Shown: positions 22,488 to 33,791 of the stretch, in pieces
Position numbering within the stretch: the stretch's first letter is position 1
How the letters are laid out: the number at the start of each line of letters is the position of its first letter
From: a virus
Lineage: Duplodnaviria > Caudoviricetes
Direction: 5' to 3' (one strand)
Virus record (IMG/VR): IMGVR_UViG_3300028833_005986
Span: 32,001-96,000 of that record
DNA: 64,000 nt
Made by a program: the position numbers and the translations under genes
The notes under the pieces: model-generated
The model's database searches: none
What the model was told of the DNA's origin: nothing
Seen by the model: the letters and a program-made list of their open reading frames with translations, nothing else

Positions 22488-22616
22488 ATTATTACTGAAT
22501 AAATAAATTCATTTATTTATTTATAGCAAAAGGATTTTATAAAAATTTTAAAATTAGATTTAAAAATAGATAAAAAAAAGACATTAATGTCTTTTACTAA
22601 AGATAAGCAAAAAATA

Positions 22617-24972
22617 TTAATGCCTCAACGGCTTTAAATTATAATCTAATAAATTCATAGGAAACATTTTTATATTAAACGCTGGTTCTTGCTTATATAA
22701 TCTATTACGTACTTGAGCTTGCCGTAATAACATTGGAGTAGAATCTCTAAAATCATACACAAATGCTCTATTTTTACCTTCGCATTTACGAAGTACACGG
22801 CCAATTCTTTGTAGAGCACGTGTAGATGATTTTCCTCCTCCTGCAAGAATCAGACAATCAGCTGATGGAATATCCAAACCTTCATCTGCAATAGTAGTAC
22901 AAATTAGAATTTTGCATAATTTTTCTCTGAAAGCTTGAATAGTAGCATTTCGTTTTAAAGAAGCATCACTACCTGATAAAAATTCTATTTCACTAACTTT
23001 AGCTGGTAATTTTTTATTACTACCAGTTTTTGATGCTTCAATCATAAATGCTTCATTACTAATATATTGTTGTAATAATCTTAAAATCATTTCACCATGT
23101 TCTATACGCTGAACTAAGATTAATATAGTTGCATTCTTTGCTTTACGCATTTGATAAGCAATTTTTACTATATCCATATTACGTTCACGATTACAAACAA
23201 TAGCTTCACGATATAGATCATTATAATTTTTTTGTGGAAATACTCGTTGATGCTTTACCCAAAAAATATCACAAGGCGTTATATAGCCTTGATTTATTAA
23301 TTCACTAGCTGTAACTTTATTATTAGGCAGCGGCCGGGCACATATAGCATCAATTAATAAATCAGAATTATCTGACCTCCACGGAGTGGCAGAAACTCCA
23401 ATACGATAATAAGCATTTACACACCATTTACTTACATCATTTAAAGTATTACATGGTAAATGATGACATTCATCAAATAATAATAATTTAGTATCTTTTA
23501 CCATTTCTTCTGTAGCTGATTGTGCAGAAAAAACAGTAATATCTTGTACATCTCTTGTTCCACCACCAACTAGACCAATCGGTTCGCCTAAAAATTTTTC
23601 AAATTCACTTTTTAATTGAGTACATAAACTAATTTGATTTGCAAAAATTGAAACTGGCTTTACATTAAATTTTGCAACTAATCCTGCCATCATTAATGTA
23701 TTATGTGTAACAATAAAATCTTTACATATAAATGTATGCTTAGGAGAATCAACAGTAATACATTTCATTTCCTTTTTTATATTTAATTTTTGAATATTAA
23801 CAATTCTTAAAGTATTAATATTTAATATTTGAAATATATTATTACCTTGTTTAGAAACACGATATCCTAATGAATATAATAAAAACTTAACATAATTCAT
23901 TAAATTATCATTATAAATATAAACATGATTTTCATCTATATAATGTGCTTGCATTAATCCTTTTAAAAAAGCTGTTCGTTCATCAACAGATGAATAAAGA
24001 TAATTTTTAATATTATATTGTTTTAATATATCGCGATTATTTTCTCTATTAACTAAAAATCCAAAATCATATGGAGATAATATAAAATATCTTCGATAAT
24101 ATTGAATTGGCTTATTAACTGGAATTTGCATATCTATAACTAAATCTTTACATGCAATAATTTGTTCTTCTGATCCATTAATAACTTTCCATAAATGATC
24201 TTGACAACATTCTATTTTAGTTGCATCAGCAAAAGTAATTTCATATATTTCTTTTTCGCCTTGATAAAATTCTTTTAATACTCTTGTTTGGTTGCCATCT
24301 TCATCATATACTATACTACCAGGATGAATATCTTCTAACTTAACCCACCCGTTGGGTGTAAGAATATTCGTATCTAATGGCATTGCTTTACCCAAATTTA
24401 TTATTATAAATAAAATTTATACTATTTATTAAAATATTTTAAAATAAATAGGTTAGTATATATCTTCTTTATTAAAGTTATAATTAATATACGTTGATAT
24501 ATTAATAAAAATTTTTATTAATATATTCTGATTATTATATTTTTCAGAAATAATTATAATTAAGTAGCAATAAATTACTACTAGTTGCAGCTTGAATAAT
24601 ATCTCTCGGACGACAATTATCTATAATTTTTTGCTGATAATCTCTAACTTTTAATTCTTGAGTTCTTTCTTTATCTAAATATTTAACTAATGAATAATCA
24701 GCATTCGGTTGCCAAGCAACTCTTTTATCAATAATTTTATATTCTTCTTTATTTTCTTCTAAAATTTCAATAATATAATCTAATAATCCGGTATAACTCT
24801 TTTTTGTAATACGATTAAATAAATGTCTAACTTGTGGAATTGAATTGGGATTATATTCTTGTATTTCAAAAGATAATTTATCCCAAATTTTAAATTCTAT
24901 ATTATTACTTGCATATTTTACTTCTACATATACATTATCTATGTGCAATTCAATCAAATTCATCACTTCCAT
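22617..24972 (-). CDS. SF2 (UvsW/ResIII-like) helicase, spliced from exons 24972-24577 and 24392-22617, containing an intein
   Basis: Q motif VRDYQQ; Walker A AATSS|GK[intein]T; DECH, SATP, QRIGR. Confidence 0.92.
23700..24386 (-). mobile_element. class 3-type intein (229 aa, Ala1...His-Asn/Thr) with degenerate LAGLIDADG remnant
   Basis: AMPLDTNILTPNGW N-terminus; DHLW (Trp), MKCITVD (Cys), VTHN|T (Thr) give the WCT signature; eroded YLYSSVDERTAFLKGLM block. Confidence 0.9.
24393..24576 (-). ncRNA. group I-like intron, 184 nt, in helicase Walker A
   Basis: P1 AGTAGT/GCTACT (U.G); R TCAACGTATA, S AAGATATATACT; ends TTTG; joins AGT AGT|GGT AAA. Confidence 0.9.
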
Positions 24973-24975
24973 TTT

Positions 24976-25359
24976 CTATTTCATCAATATTTTTTCATTT
25001 ATATCATTTTCATTTATAATTGGATCAATATCAATTTGCGGATCAAAATCAAAATATAAATTAATTTTATTTTGTTTCACATTAATAAAATTTAATGGTT
25101 TAAACATACTTTTATGAACAGATATTTTTAACCAAATCGGTAATTGTAAATTTCGTATACTATATAATTGATCTAATACTTGTTCCGCTAAAAGAAATTT
25201 TTTATTAATAGAAAAATTAGATTCTAATATGATTTTATCATTTATTATTTGAATTGATTTAATTGCACGATGCATATAATTGATATTTAAATAAACATAA
25301 TCATTGAAATCAAATATATTCTGATCGATATAATCGATTATTTTCTTTATAAAAATCAT
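24976..25359 (-). CDS. hypothetical protein
   Basis: ORF track. Confidence 0.65.
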   Translation of the reverse strand: MIFIKKIIDYIDQNIFDFNDYVYLNINYMHRAIKSIQIINDKIILESNFSINKKFLLAEQVLDQLYSIRNLQLPIWLKISVHKSMFKPLNFINVKQNKINLYFDFDPQIDIDPIINENDINEKILMK

Positions 25360-25496
25360 AAAATATGCACGGCAGATTCCCCCTCACTTTAACTGTGGGC
25401 AGGAACCGTGCTCCTCCTTTCCGCTAAATATGTCTTGCGCCTAGAAATTAGAAAGAGCTTGTATGAGCTCACATTTTTAGGCGTGGGATTACTGGC
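25360..25496 (-). mobile_element. 137-bp non-autonomous remnant of an IscB-type IS200/IS605 element (both ends, interior deleted)
   Basis: GC-rich island. 5' part GCCAGTAATCCCACGCCTAAA..GAGCT..AGCTC resembles an omegaRNA start. 3' part GAAAGGAGG..TTCCTGCCCACAGTTAAAGTGAGGGGGAATC resembles the hairpin end that follows iscB. ATGA follows directly. Confidence 0.6.
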
Positions 25497-25546
25497 TAAA
25501 ACTATTCACCAAGTTTTAAATAAATCTTAATCAATATTTAATTTTT

Positions 25547-26803
25547 TTACAAGAATTTTTCTTTAATTTTATAATATGCTTTAATAATATTACTAGGATC
25601 TATTTGATTAATACAATGTGCTTCAGTTGATATACATCCATTATATGTATTATATTCTAAGCATTCGCCTAATGAACTATCGGGCTGTAAAAGAATATAT
25701 TTATTATGTGTTGGATGAAATCTTGCTTTAGCTGATAATGATCCAGTATGTATATTATTTTTATCTTTTGCCTGCGGTAAATAATAAATTATCGGTTTAT
25801 TAAAAACTTCTGCTATATGCATTAATCCAGTATCATTACCAATATATAAATCGCTTTGCTGAATTACCGCTATACTTTCTAATACTGAAGTTTTATTAAC
25901 TAAATTAATACATTCTATATGCTTATTTAAATATTCCGCATCTTTTTTTTCTTGTTCTCCTGCCCCAAGTAAAATAAATGTATTATTATCTTTTACTATT
26001 TCTTTTAAAGCAATTAATAATTTTCGAGCCGAATATCGTTTAGTATTATTACTACTAGCTAAACCAATAATTATTTTTCTTTTTGCATCTTTTAAAATAT
26101 TTTTTGCATATATTATACTTTTTTGATCAAGAAATAATTCTAACTTTTTACTAGTTACTTTTAATCCGCAAGCTTCTAATATATACATTTTTCTATCTAA
26201 TTCATGATACATATAAAAAGGATTAACTATTGGTTTAGTTAATATAAATTTATCTATTTGAATTAAATCTAAAAAACTTTGTAAACTAAAATCTTTATGA
26301 TAATATTGTCTTTCTGCTTCAAAAGAATATCCAATATTTTCTTTTGTTATACTTAACCATTGTATAATTGATCCTATAAATACATTACAACTAAAATGTA
26401 AATTAATTGCTAAATCATATGTTCTATTCCATAAATATTTATAACAAAAATTTATAGAATGTAATAAAAAATTTAATAAATTAATATGTGATATATTTGA
26501 TGGAATAAATTCATCAACATATGGCAAATATTTAACTATATCTTTAAATGTTTCAAAATAAACTAAAGTAATATGTGCATCTGGATAATTTTTTCTTATT
26601 TCTCTAATTGCTGGTATAGCTAAAATTAAATCACCCATTGCATTTAATTGAGTTAATAATATATTTTTACGCTTATTTTCCTTTTTATAAGAATTTAATA
26701 TTTTATTAATATTATTAATAGTATTATCTAAATCATTAGATGTTAATATAGTATTAATAATTTCTTGTTTTAATTTATCTTTATTAATCATTATATTTAC
26801 CAC
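25547..26803 (-). CDS. glycosyltransferase family 9 (ADP-heptose:LPS heptosyltransferase-like)
   Basis: MGDLILAIPAIREIRKNYPDAHITL and DLYIGNDTGLMHIA motifs. Confidence 0.88.
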   Translation of the reverse strand: MVNIMINKDKLKQEIINTILTSNDLDNTINNINKILNSYKKENKRKNILLTQLNAMGDLILAIPAIREIRKNYPDAHITLVYFETFKDIVKYLPYVDEFIPSNISHINLLNFLLHSINFCYKYLWNRTYDLAINLHFSCNVFIGSIIQWLSITKENIGYSFEAERQYYHKDFSLQSFLDLIQIDKFILTKPIVNPFYMYHELDRKMYILEACGLKVTSKKLELFLDQKSIIYAKNILKDAKRKIIIGLASSNNTKRYSARKLLIALKEIVKDNNTFILLGAGEQEKKDAEYLNKHIECINLVNKTSVLESIAVIQQSDLYIGNDTGLMHIAEVFNKPIIYYLPQAKDKNNIHTGSLSAKARFHPTHNKYILLQPDSSLGECLEYNTYNGCISTEAHCINQIDPSNIIKAYYKIKEKFL

Positions 26804-26837
26804 TAAAAACTAAAAAAACCAGAAAAAATTTCTGGAA

Positions 26838-27095
26838 TTATAGTTTTTCTTTCGCTTCATTAAATAATTCATTAAAAGCATTTTGTAATTTATTAATATC
26901 TTCTAAAGAAGTAATTTGAGTAATAAAACCATTTTTAGTAGGTCCATCATAATCTGCCGTTTTTTTAAATAATCTTGCAGAAGCATGTAATGTTCCGCGC
27001 TTTTTATGTTCTTCCAATCTAAACTGCCAAGTAAATACTTCATCAACAGGTAATTCTTTCACATAAATTTGATTGTAATTATCGGACCAAGCCAT
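26838..27095 (-). CDS. small PC4/YdbC-like ssDNA-binding protein (tentative)
   Basis: 85 aa; ARLF..T..Y.GPTKNG pattern. Confidence 0.45.
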   Translation of the reverse strand: MAWSDNYNQIYVKELPVDEVFTWQFRLEEHKKRGTLHASARLFKKTADYDGPTKNGFITQITSLEDINKLQNAFNELFNEAKEKL

Positions 27096-27188
27096 TAAAA
27101 ATCAATTCCTTTCAATAATATTAATTAAAAATACTTTCAACAAATCTTTAATAAAATATAAAAACTTAAATAATATATAATTTATAAA

Positions 27189-30100
27189 TTAGATTTTTAT
27201 AGTAGGTAATCCAGATAATTTAAATAAATCACCATATACCGGTTCAATTATATTATGTGTAGTTTTATTATTATATGTTAATTGATTATTATTAATAGAT
27301 CCAATAATAAATAATAATAATTGTCCTAATTCATCAACTACTATACACGCCATTCCTGTATATTTACTAATTCCTACTAATGAATCCGGTAAATATACTT
27401 TAAAATTATTAAATGTATATTTTAAAGTATCATCTTGGTACCCTATAGTTTGTTTATTAATTTCAAATGAAGTATCTAATTCAAAGAAATAATCATCAAA
27501 TTTATGATCCACAGAAGTAAATAATGCATCATTTAAAAATCTTAATTCATAATTGCCATCAGATTTTAAATATTTTTTAATCTTATCCGCAATATTTATT
27601 TCTACATCTGTATTATTATTTAAAACTAAATTTAATTCATCAATACTATCAATATCATCATTTAATTCTTGATTAGTCATTATATAATTATTATATAAGT
27701 TTTGTGATTGTCCTATAGGTATATCCGTGTTAAAAATAATTTTTTCTCCTGTTAAATATGATGCATAAGTATTACCACCTGGTAATCTATTTACTAAATT
27801 ATTTAGCGAATTAACATTATCATATTTAGCTGATAAAGCTTCTCCACCTGAAGATAAAGTAGTAATAAAATATTTCCAATCAGTTAAGCGTTTTAATTTT
27901 TTAGTATTATTACTTAATATTCCTTGATATGGCGTATATGTATACCAAAGTGATAATACATCATATTGAGTTGGTTGATAACTAACCAATATAGGAATTT
28001 CAACTTTTGCATTTTCTGCGGGAGTATAATTAAAAGTAATTTTTAAAAATGGCGTATGCCATGAAGTATTATTAATACTTAATTGAGCTAATTGATATGC
28101 GCCTATTGATGTTTGATATTCTTGCGAATTATCCTGTATAGGATCTGTTGATACATTTACAGATTCATCTGCATTCCTTATAGCACGAAATGGATACATT
28201 TCTCCATCAACATAACAAGCATATTTAAATATTTCATTGCCTTCATCATCAATATCAATTATACTACAAACTGATTGTAATACACCGCCATTTTGTGTAT
28301 AAATAGGTAATAAATATTGATTATGAATTCCATCAGTATTAAAAGAAATAATTTGCGTACGTAATATATTCGAAACTAAAGTTTTAGTATGCACATCATA
28401 ATCAAAAGTAGTTCCACCTAGTGCTAAAACGAATTCGATATTTTCTCCTAATGTAACAGATTGTTGTAAATATACAATAAATTGTCCACTTTTTTCTTCT
28501 GTATCATTTATCTTTTTTATATTTCTTACTTGTTTATTAGATACATATAATACATATAATACTGGATAACCATATAATTTATTAGGAATAAAATATTCAT
28601 TTGTGCCATTACCAATTTTATGATAATATAATATACGTGCAAAACTTTGATGCGTAGTACGATCAGTATGATAGTCATATAATTGATCTATACTATCTTC
28701 TAATACTGTAGAATGAAAATAATTTACTAATCTAAAATTAGTATCATTTTTTCTTGCAAATGAACATTCTTCATAAATATCTGAATCCGTAACATATCCT
28801 GCTGCTAAAATTTCCTCTGGCATATCACTAACGCCATTTCCAGCAGGAACTTCAATAGTATACTGCACTACTACTGAAGTAATAGTAATATCATCTGCTT
28901 GAAAAATCCATTCTTCATCAAATGAATACCATGTACCTGATACTGTTAAAATATTACCATCTAAATCGACTTCACCAGTAGATTTATAAACAATTGGCTC
29001 TGTATTAATTTTAATATCTATAGATATAGGTAATGAAAATAATCCATTTTCACCATTTAATACTTGAATTATTTCATTTTGTTCTAACCTAATATCGCCA
29101 AATCCACGATATAATGAATTAAATGATGGTAATATTTTAGCTGATCCTTTAATAAAATCATTAGGTAAACCAGGCCAATATTCATTAATAAAATATGCTG
29201 TATTATCTGTAGTAATATTTTGTTCGTATGTATTATTATATAATACTAATTCTTCAATTATAAAGCCATAATTATGATTAACACGCTTTTGATTAATTTT
29301 TTGTAAATATATCTTTTTTTCATTCTTTCTAAAATTTTTTAAACGATTTAATAATAATATTCGTGTTTTTTCATTATTTAATAATGAATTAATATCATTA
29401 TCTGTTAAATTATCTACATCTAATTGTAAATCATTATTATCTTCATCACTACTATGTATATCATTATTAATATTTTCTGCGTTTGTATTATTAGATTCTT
29501 CATCAGTCACATCAATAGTACCAATAGGATATCGTTGCCCAGCAATATTCGCAAATACAATATTATCATTTAATAATAACTTACCTGTTAATTGCTGAAT
29601 TTGTTCTTCAGATAAATCACTTATATCTATATCTTGATTATTAGTTATATAAAAATTTTGATCTTCTTCTTTTTCTTCATCAGTAATAATTAAATTAGCA
29701 TAATTTTTAGCGTCATTTTTATCTCCAATAATTAAAGCATGTGGAATTAATACTGAACCAATATAAGAAATTCTAGCAATAAATGAGCCATTAATATAAA
29801 AAATTATATAGCTTTTTGATGGATCACTATCCCATGCAATACGGAATATATTAATTTGCTTAGCAAAAATTAAAGTATTTTTTAAATCTATAATTAAACT
29901 ACCGTCTTTATTATTATCATCATTTAATATATCATATGTTCTATTAACTTTTAATATTAATTGATCATTTTCTTTTATACATTTAAATATAATATTACCA
30001 TTCACATCAACGATAGTAAATAATGTTTGATTAATATCAGTATGGCCATTATATAAAAATTGTGTATAAAAATCTAATGTACCTTTATTAATATTACAAG

Positions 30101-31424
30101 CATCAATAATATATTTATATTCAGCTCGACCATCTATATATAGTCCTTTCGCAATAACTGCATCCTTATATATTGGTTCATATAATATTTCATTAGATTC
30201 CATAGATACTGTAGAAGAATAATCATCTAATTCATCAGGGTCAATATTACCATCAAATTCCACATGCAATATAACATTATCATTTTCAGAATAATCTACA
30301 TATTGTCTACCGAATTGTACACGTCGTACTTGTGCTTTATCTTTAGTACATAATTTTCCCGTAAATAATTCTTTCAATCCTTGATTTAAATAATGTGTAT
30401 ATGAAACATTATTTAATACTGTTTTTCTTAAATCAACTATATCATTTTCTGCAATAACATCATAATAATAATGATCAGGACGGATATTATTTAATAAATC
30501 ACCATATGCCGATGACGGAATATCATTATATTGATATATAATAGTTCGTGATCCGTTATAATTTTGTAATGAATATGCTTGTTTATTACGGCGTTTAATA
30601 CGAAACATTGGTAATGCAAAAATAAAATTACCAATTACTTTATTACTATTTAAATCATGATTGGGTAATCCTGCTATATATAAATTATTATCTTTATAAA
30701 ATGGTTGATCTCTAAAAGCTAAAAAATCAGCTGGTTTATAAATTAATTCTCGATGATATGTATTAAATTCACCATTAGCTGTAGCTTGTATATTAGAAAA
30801 ATCGTTAATGCTATTATATCCAAATCCATTAGGAAATTTATTAAAATTTATATTTTGTGCGACTTTTATCGAATAATGTACTATTACGCGGCGAGAAGTT
30901 TCATCTTGTACTCGAGAATCTAAAATATTATAATTAACATAATTACCATTAATATTACCTTCAAATTTAAAAGTATCTTTATATGATGCACGTTCTAACC
31001 ACATTTCTAAATATACTAAATCTTCTCTCGTACCCGTTTCAGGCGCTTCACCTAAATTTAACAATAAATAATTACCTGCTTGTTGTGTGGTAAAATTACC
31101 TACTAAATTAACAGGTATACCATTAATTATGGCTTTACAGGGTGCAATAGCGATAGAATTTAATATTACATTATTTAAATTATCTGTTGGCTGATATATA
31201 ATAGCCGATGATAAAAAACTTTTATCCACTAATTCAATAAATCCGCTAGGAATTAATATTCTAGCTAAATTTTGACGATTTTTATTTTGTATATCTTGTA
31301 ATTCATTTAATTCTAACTCTAATAATGGAGAATTATTAGAAAAAATTATACTTTGTAAATTAACATGATCATTAAAAGCACTAAAATAACGAAATCTTTC
31401 AGCATCTTGTGACAATTTATTCAC
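27189..31424 (-). CDS. large virion structural protein (baseplate/tail-associated, LamG-like middle)
   Basis: LELNELQ, REDLVYLEMW, ETSRR, FALPMFRIKRRN, RPD..YYD.I...DI.DLR; these are shared with the spliced gene 40571-42162. Confidence 0.65.
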   Translation of the reverse strand: MNKLSQDAERFRYFSAFNDHVNLQSIIFSNNSPLLELELNELQDIQNKNRQNLARILIPSGFIELVDKSFLSSAIIYQPTDNLNNVILNSIAIAPCKAIINGIPVNLVGNFTTQQAGNYLLLNLGEAPETGTREDLVYLEMWLERASYKDTFKFEGNINGNYVNYNILDSRVQDETSRRVIVHYSIKVAQNINFNKFPNGFGYNSINDFSNIQATANGEFNTYHRELIYKPADFLAFRDQPFYKDNNLYIAGLPNHDLNSNKVIGNFIFALPMFRIKRRNKQAYSLQNYNGSRTIIYQYNDIPSSAYGDLLNNIRPDHYYYDVIAENDIVDLRKTVLNNVSYTHYLNQGLKELFTGKLCTKDKAQVRRVQFGRQYVDYSENDNVILHVEFDGNIDPDELDDYSSTVSMESNEILYEPIYKDAVIAKGLYIDGRAEYKYIIDACNINKGTLDFYTQFLYNGHTDINQTLFTIVDVNGNIIFKCIKENDQLILKVNRTYDILNDDNNKDGSLIIDLKNTLIFAKQINIFRIAWDSDPSKSYIIFYINGSFIARISYIGSVLIPHALIIGDKNDAKNYANLIITDEEKEEDQNFYITNNQDIDISDLSEEQIQQLTGKLLLNDNIVFANIAGQRYPIGTIDVTDEESNNTNAENINNDIHSSDEDNNDLQLDVDNLTDNDINSLLNNEKTRILLLNRLKNFRKNEKKIYLQKINQKRVNHNYGFIIEELVLYNNTYEQNITTDNTAYFINEYWPGLPNDFIKGSAKILPSFNSLYRGFGDIRLEQNEIIQVLNGENGLFSLPISIDIKINTEPIVYKSTGEVDLDGNILTVSGTWYSFDEEWIFQADDITITSVVVQYTIEVPAGNGVSDMPEEILAAGYVTDSDIYEECSFARKNDTNFRLVNYFHSTVLEDSIDQLYDYHTDRTTHQSFARILYYHKIGNGTNEYFIPNKLYGYPVLYVLYVSNKQVRNIKKINDTEEKSGQFIVYLQQSVTLGENIEFVLALGGTTFDYDVHTKTLVSNILRTQIISFNTDGIHNQYLLPIYTQNGGVLQSVCSIIDIDDEGNEIFKYACYVDGEMYPFRAIRNADESVNVSTDPIQDNSQEYQTSIGAYQLAQLSINNTSWHTPFLKITFNYTPAENAKVEIPILVSYQPTQYDVLSLWYTYTPYQGILSNNTKKLKRLTDWKYFITTLSSGGEALSAKYDNVNSLNNLVNRLPGGNTYASYLTGEKIIFNTDIPIGQSQNLYNNYIMTNQELNDDIDSIDELNLVLNNNTDVEINIADKIKKYLKSDGNYELRFLNDALFTSVDHKFDDYFFELDTSFEINKQTIGYQDDTLKYTFNNFKVYLPDSLVGISKYTGMACIVVDELGQLLLFIIGSINNNQLTYNNKTTHNIIEPVYGDLFKLSGLPTIKI

Positions 31425-31432
31425 CTCGGTAT

Positions 31433-32455
31433 TTAAAAAATTCGTTTAGCTAGTCGTGCTTGTTTTAATATTCCGCTTTGATTTCTTGGAGCGGAAGAAA
31501 TAAATACTTTTAATATATTTGGTTCTTCTCTTTTAATAATATCTGCTACTTCTTGTAAAGAATTATATCCATTATGTTCATTAGTTGATAAAATAGCTAT
31601 TAACCCATGTAAATATGCACAATTAAATACTTCAACACCATCTTTATTTTTACAATTATTTCTTAATTCTGGATATTGATTCAATACATCATTATGATGC
31701 TGTCCATAATCGCCAATTAATACATGATCAGTATTATCCTTAAAATTGTGTATAACAACAATTGGTGCATCACGTAAAAACGGTATTTGTGGGTCAAAAT
31801 CAATATATTCTTTTCCATTATTCGAATCTTCTAACTTATTTATTTTTAATCTATGGTTTCTACGTTTATTTATTATATTGTTATTTTTTTCTTTTATGTA
31901 ATTTTGCAAAATACTATTAATTTGTGCAAATGTCTTATTCCAATTAAATTTTTTATATAATGTATTAATTCCAAAATTAACATATCTTAGCTTTTTATAA
32001 TTTGGACATACTTTACACACAATATTAAATAAATTAAAACTAGTATCATCTTCATTAATAAAAAAATAATCATTTAAATTAGGCTTATAATAAATATCAT
32101 AAAGCATAGTATCTCTATCTCGCGGCCACGATAATTCATCTATAATAGTTTTAATATTATTTTTAACCCATGCTACAGTTTCTTTTTGTACTAATTGTGC
32201 TAATTGTTGCGGAGTCATTTCAATATAGTCTTTAAATGATTTCGGCTGATATTTATTAATATAATTAATTATTAAATCTTCATTATTATATATATATTGA
32301 TTAATTAATTTTGTATTAAATACTTTTACCATACATGTATTTAAATATTCTATAATTCTTTCTTTATTAAAATCAAAACAATCCTTATATAAGTATAAAG
32401 ACATATTATTTAAATAATCTTGAATTTTTTCACGTATCTGTCTATTACTAAAAAT
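31433..32455 (-). CDS. hypothetical protein, paralogue of 57931-58929; probable ATT start at 32455
   Basis: LRDAPIVV..DHVLIGDYGQHH C-terminal domain; frame open to ATT behind a GAGGTGA RBS. Confidence 0.7.
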   Translation of the reverse strand: MFSNRQIREKIQDYLNNMSLYLYKDCFDFNKERIIEYLNTCMVKVFNTKLINQYIYNNEDLIINYINKYQPKSFKDYIEMTPQQLAQLVQKETVAWVKNNIKTIIDELSWPRDRDTMLYDIYYKPNLNDYFFINEDDTSFNLFNIVCKVCPNYKKLRYVNFGINTLYKKFNWNKTFAQINSILQNYIKEKNNNIINKRRNHRLKINKLEDSNNGKEYIDFDPQIPFLRDAPIVVIHNFKDNTDHVLIGDYGQHHNDVLNQYPELRNNCKNKDGVEVFNCAYLHGLIAILSTNEHNGYNSLQEVADIIKREEPNILKVFISSAPRNQSGILKQARLAKRIF

Positions 32456-32491
32456 ATTTTTTCACCTCATTAAATAACTTTCTGCTATAAA

Positions 32492-32522
32492 AATAACACC
32501 TAATTAATATAATTAGGTGTTA
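32492..32522. terminator. intrinsic terminator-like hairpin
   Basis: TAACACCTAATTA-ata-TAATTAGGTGTTA. Confidence 0.6.
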
Positions 32523-32681
32523 ATTATAATACTTTATTATATAGTTATTATTTATTATACTAATTAATGCTTTTTTATATATATTATTTTAATATATCAT
32601 AATTAAAACTTAATCAAATATATATATGCATTAATTAGATGATATTTATCTATAAAAGCATTTCTATGATAAAAAAATATC

Positions 32682-33578
32682 TTAAATTAAATATTGGTTT
32701 ATAAAATTTTTAAAAATTATACTAATTGAAGAATCCGCACGCACAGCATATTTATCTTTATAAATTGCTTTTACATTATCATATTCTACTTCATTTTCTA
32801 ATTTTAATAAATGTTCTGATTGTATATTTAATATTTTATCTTCATCGCCAAAAGTATCATCTACAATAAATAATTTTTCAATATCAATTACAAAACATAC
32901 TTTTTCAATATGATTAGGATTATCATTAAATGCCAATTTATAAAATTCTGCTTGATTTTCATAATTAATTGTTGTTAGCATATCAAAACATACTAAAATC
33001 AAATACATGTGTACAGGTTTTTTTAATTGTTGTTCCATTTTATATTTAAAAGAAAAATATAATTCATTTAATTTTTTAGTAGTTAAACCAGTATTATATA
33101 TCCAAATAGGATTTTGCTTATTTTGATCATCTAATTTTTTGCGCCATACCATACCAGATTTTACATCAAATGCATGATAAGAATTATCTTTTATTGATTG
33201 AACTAATAAATCTGGCATTTTCATTTTATTATATTCTGTAAAATTAATAACATTATCAAATGTATTAGTAAATTCAGGAGTTAATTGATAACTATATAAT
33301 ATATTAGCAATTTCTTGCTCATATAATGATCCAATTAATACATTTAATTCTTTTGCCATCCAATTATAGATTTTTGTATTATCTTTATATTTATCAATTA
33401 TTTTTTGTAATTCTAGCTTTTGCTTATATTCATCAATTTGTAAATACATAAGTAATTCTTTAAATACTTTTTTTATCATATATTGTTTATCAAATAATTT
33501 ATTATATTGAAAACTAGTAGAATAATAATTTTTTAATATATTATTAATAGTCATTTTATAAGGTAAAATATAATTCAT
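32682..33578 (-). CDS. putative PD-(D/E)XK nuclease-fold protein
   Basis: GSLYE...MPDLLV...AFDVKSG. Confidence 0.55.
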   Translation of the reverse strand: MNYILPYKMTINNILKNYYSTSFQYNKLFDKQYMIKKVFKELLMYLQIDEYKQKLELQKIIDKYKDNTKIYNWMAKELNVLIGSLYEQEIANILYSYQLTPEFTNTFDNVINFTEYNKMKMPDLLVQSIKDNSYHAFDVKSGMVWRKKLDDQNKQNPIWIYNTGLTTKKLNELYFSFKYKMEQQLKKPVHMYLILVCFDMLTTINYENQAEFYKLAFNDNPNHIEKVCFVIDIEKLFIVDDTFGDEDKILNIQSEHLLKLENEVEYDNVKAIYKDKYAVRADSSISIIFKNFINQYLI

Positions 33579-33791
33579 TATTAATAAATCCTTTCTTAAA
33601 TAAAATAATTTTTCATTAATTATATTTTAATGTGTTATTAATATTATTTTAAACTAATATTAATTTTTAATAATTTAGATTTTTTAATTTCTTCGTTTAT
33701 ATTACTTATCTAATAATCTAATCATTTTTTTTTATTATTTTTATCCTTTATTATTTTATAAAAAATATAAGTAGAAAGGATTAAAATAATT

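Noticed and set aside
25360-25496. tRNA or riboswitch at this GC island (also considered for 58955-59190)
   Set aside because: No cloverleaf, T-loop or recognisable aptamer consensus.
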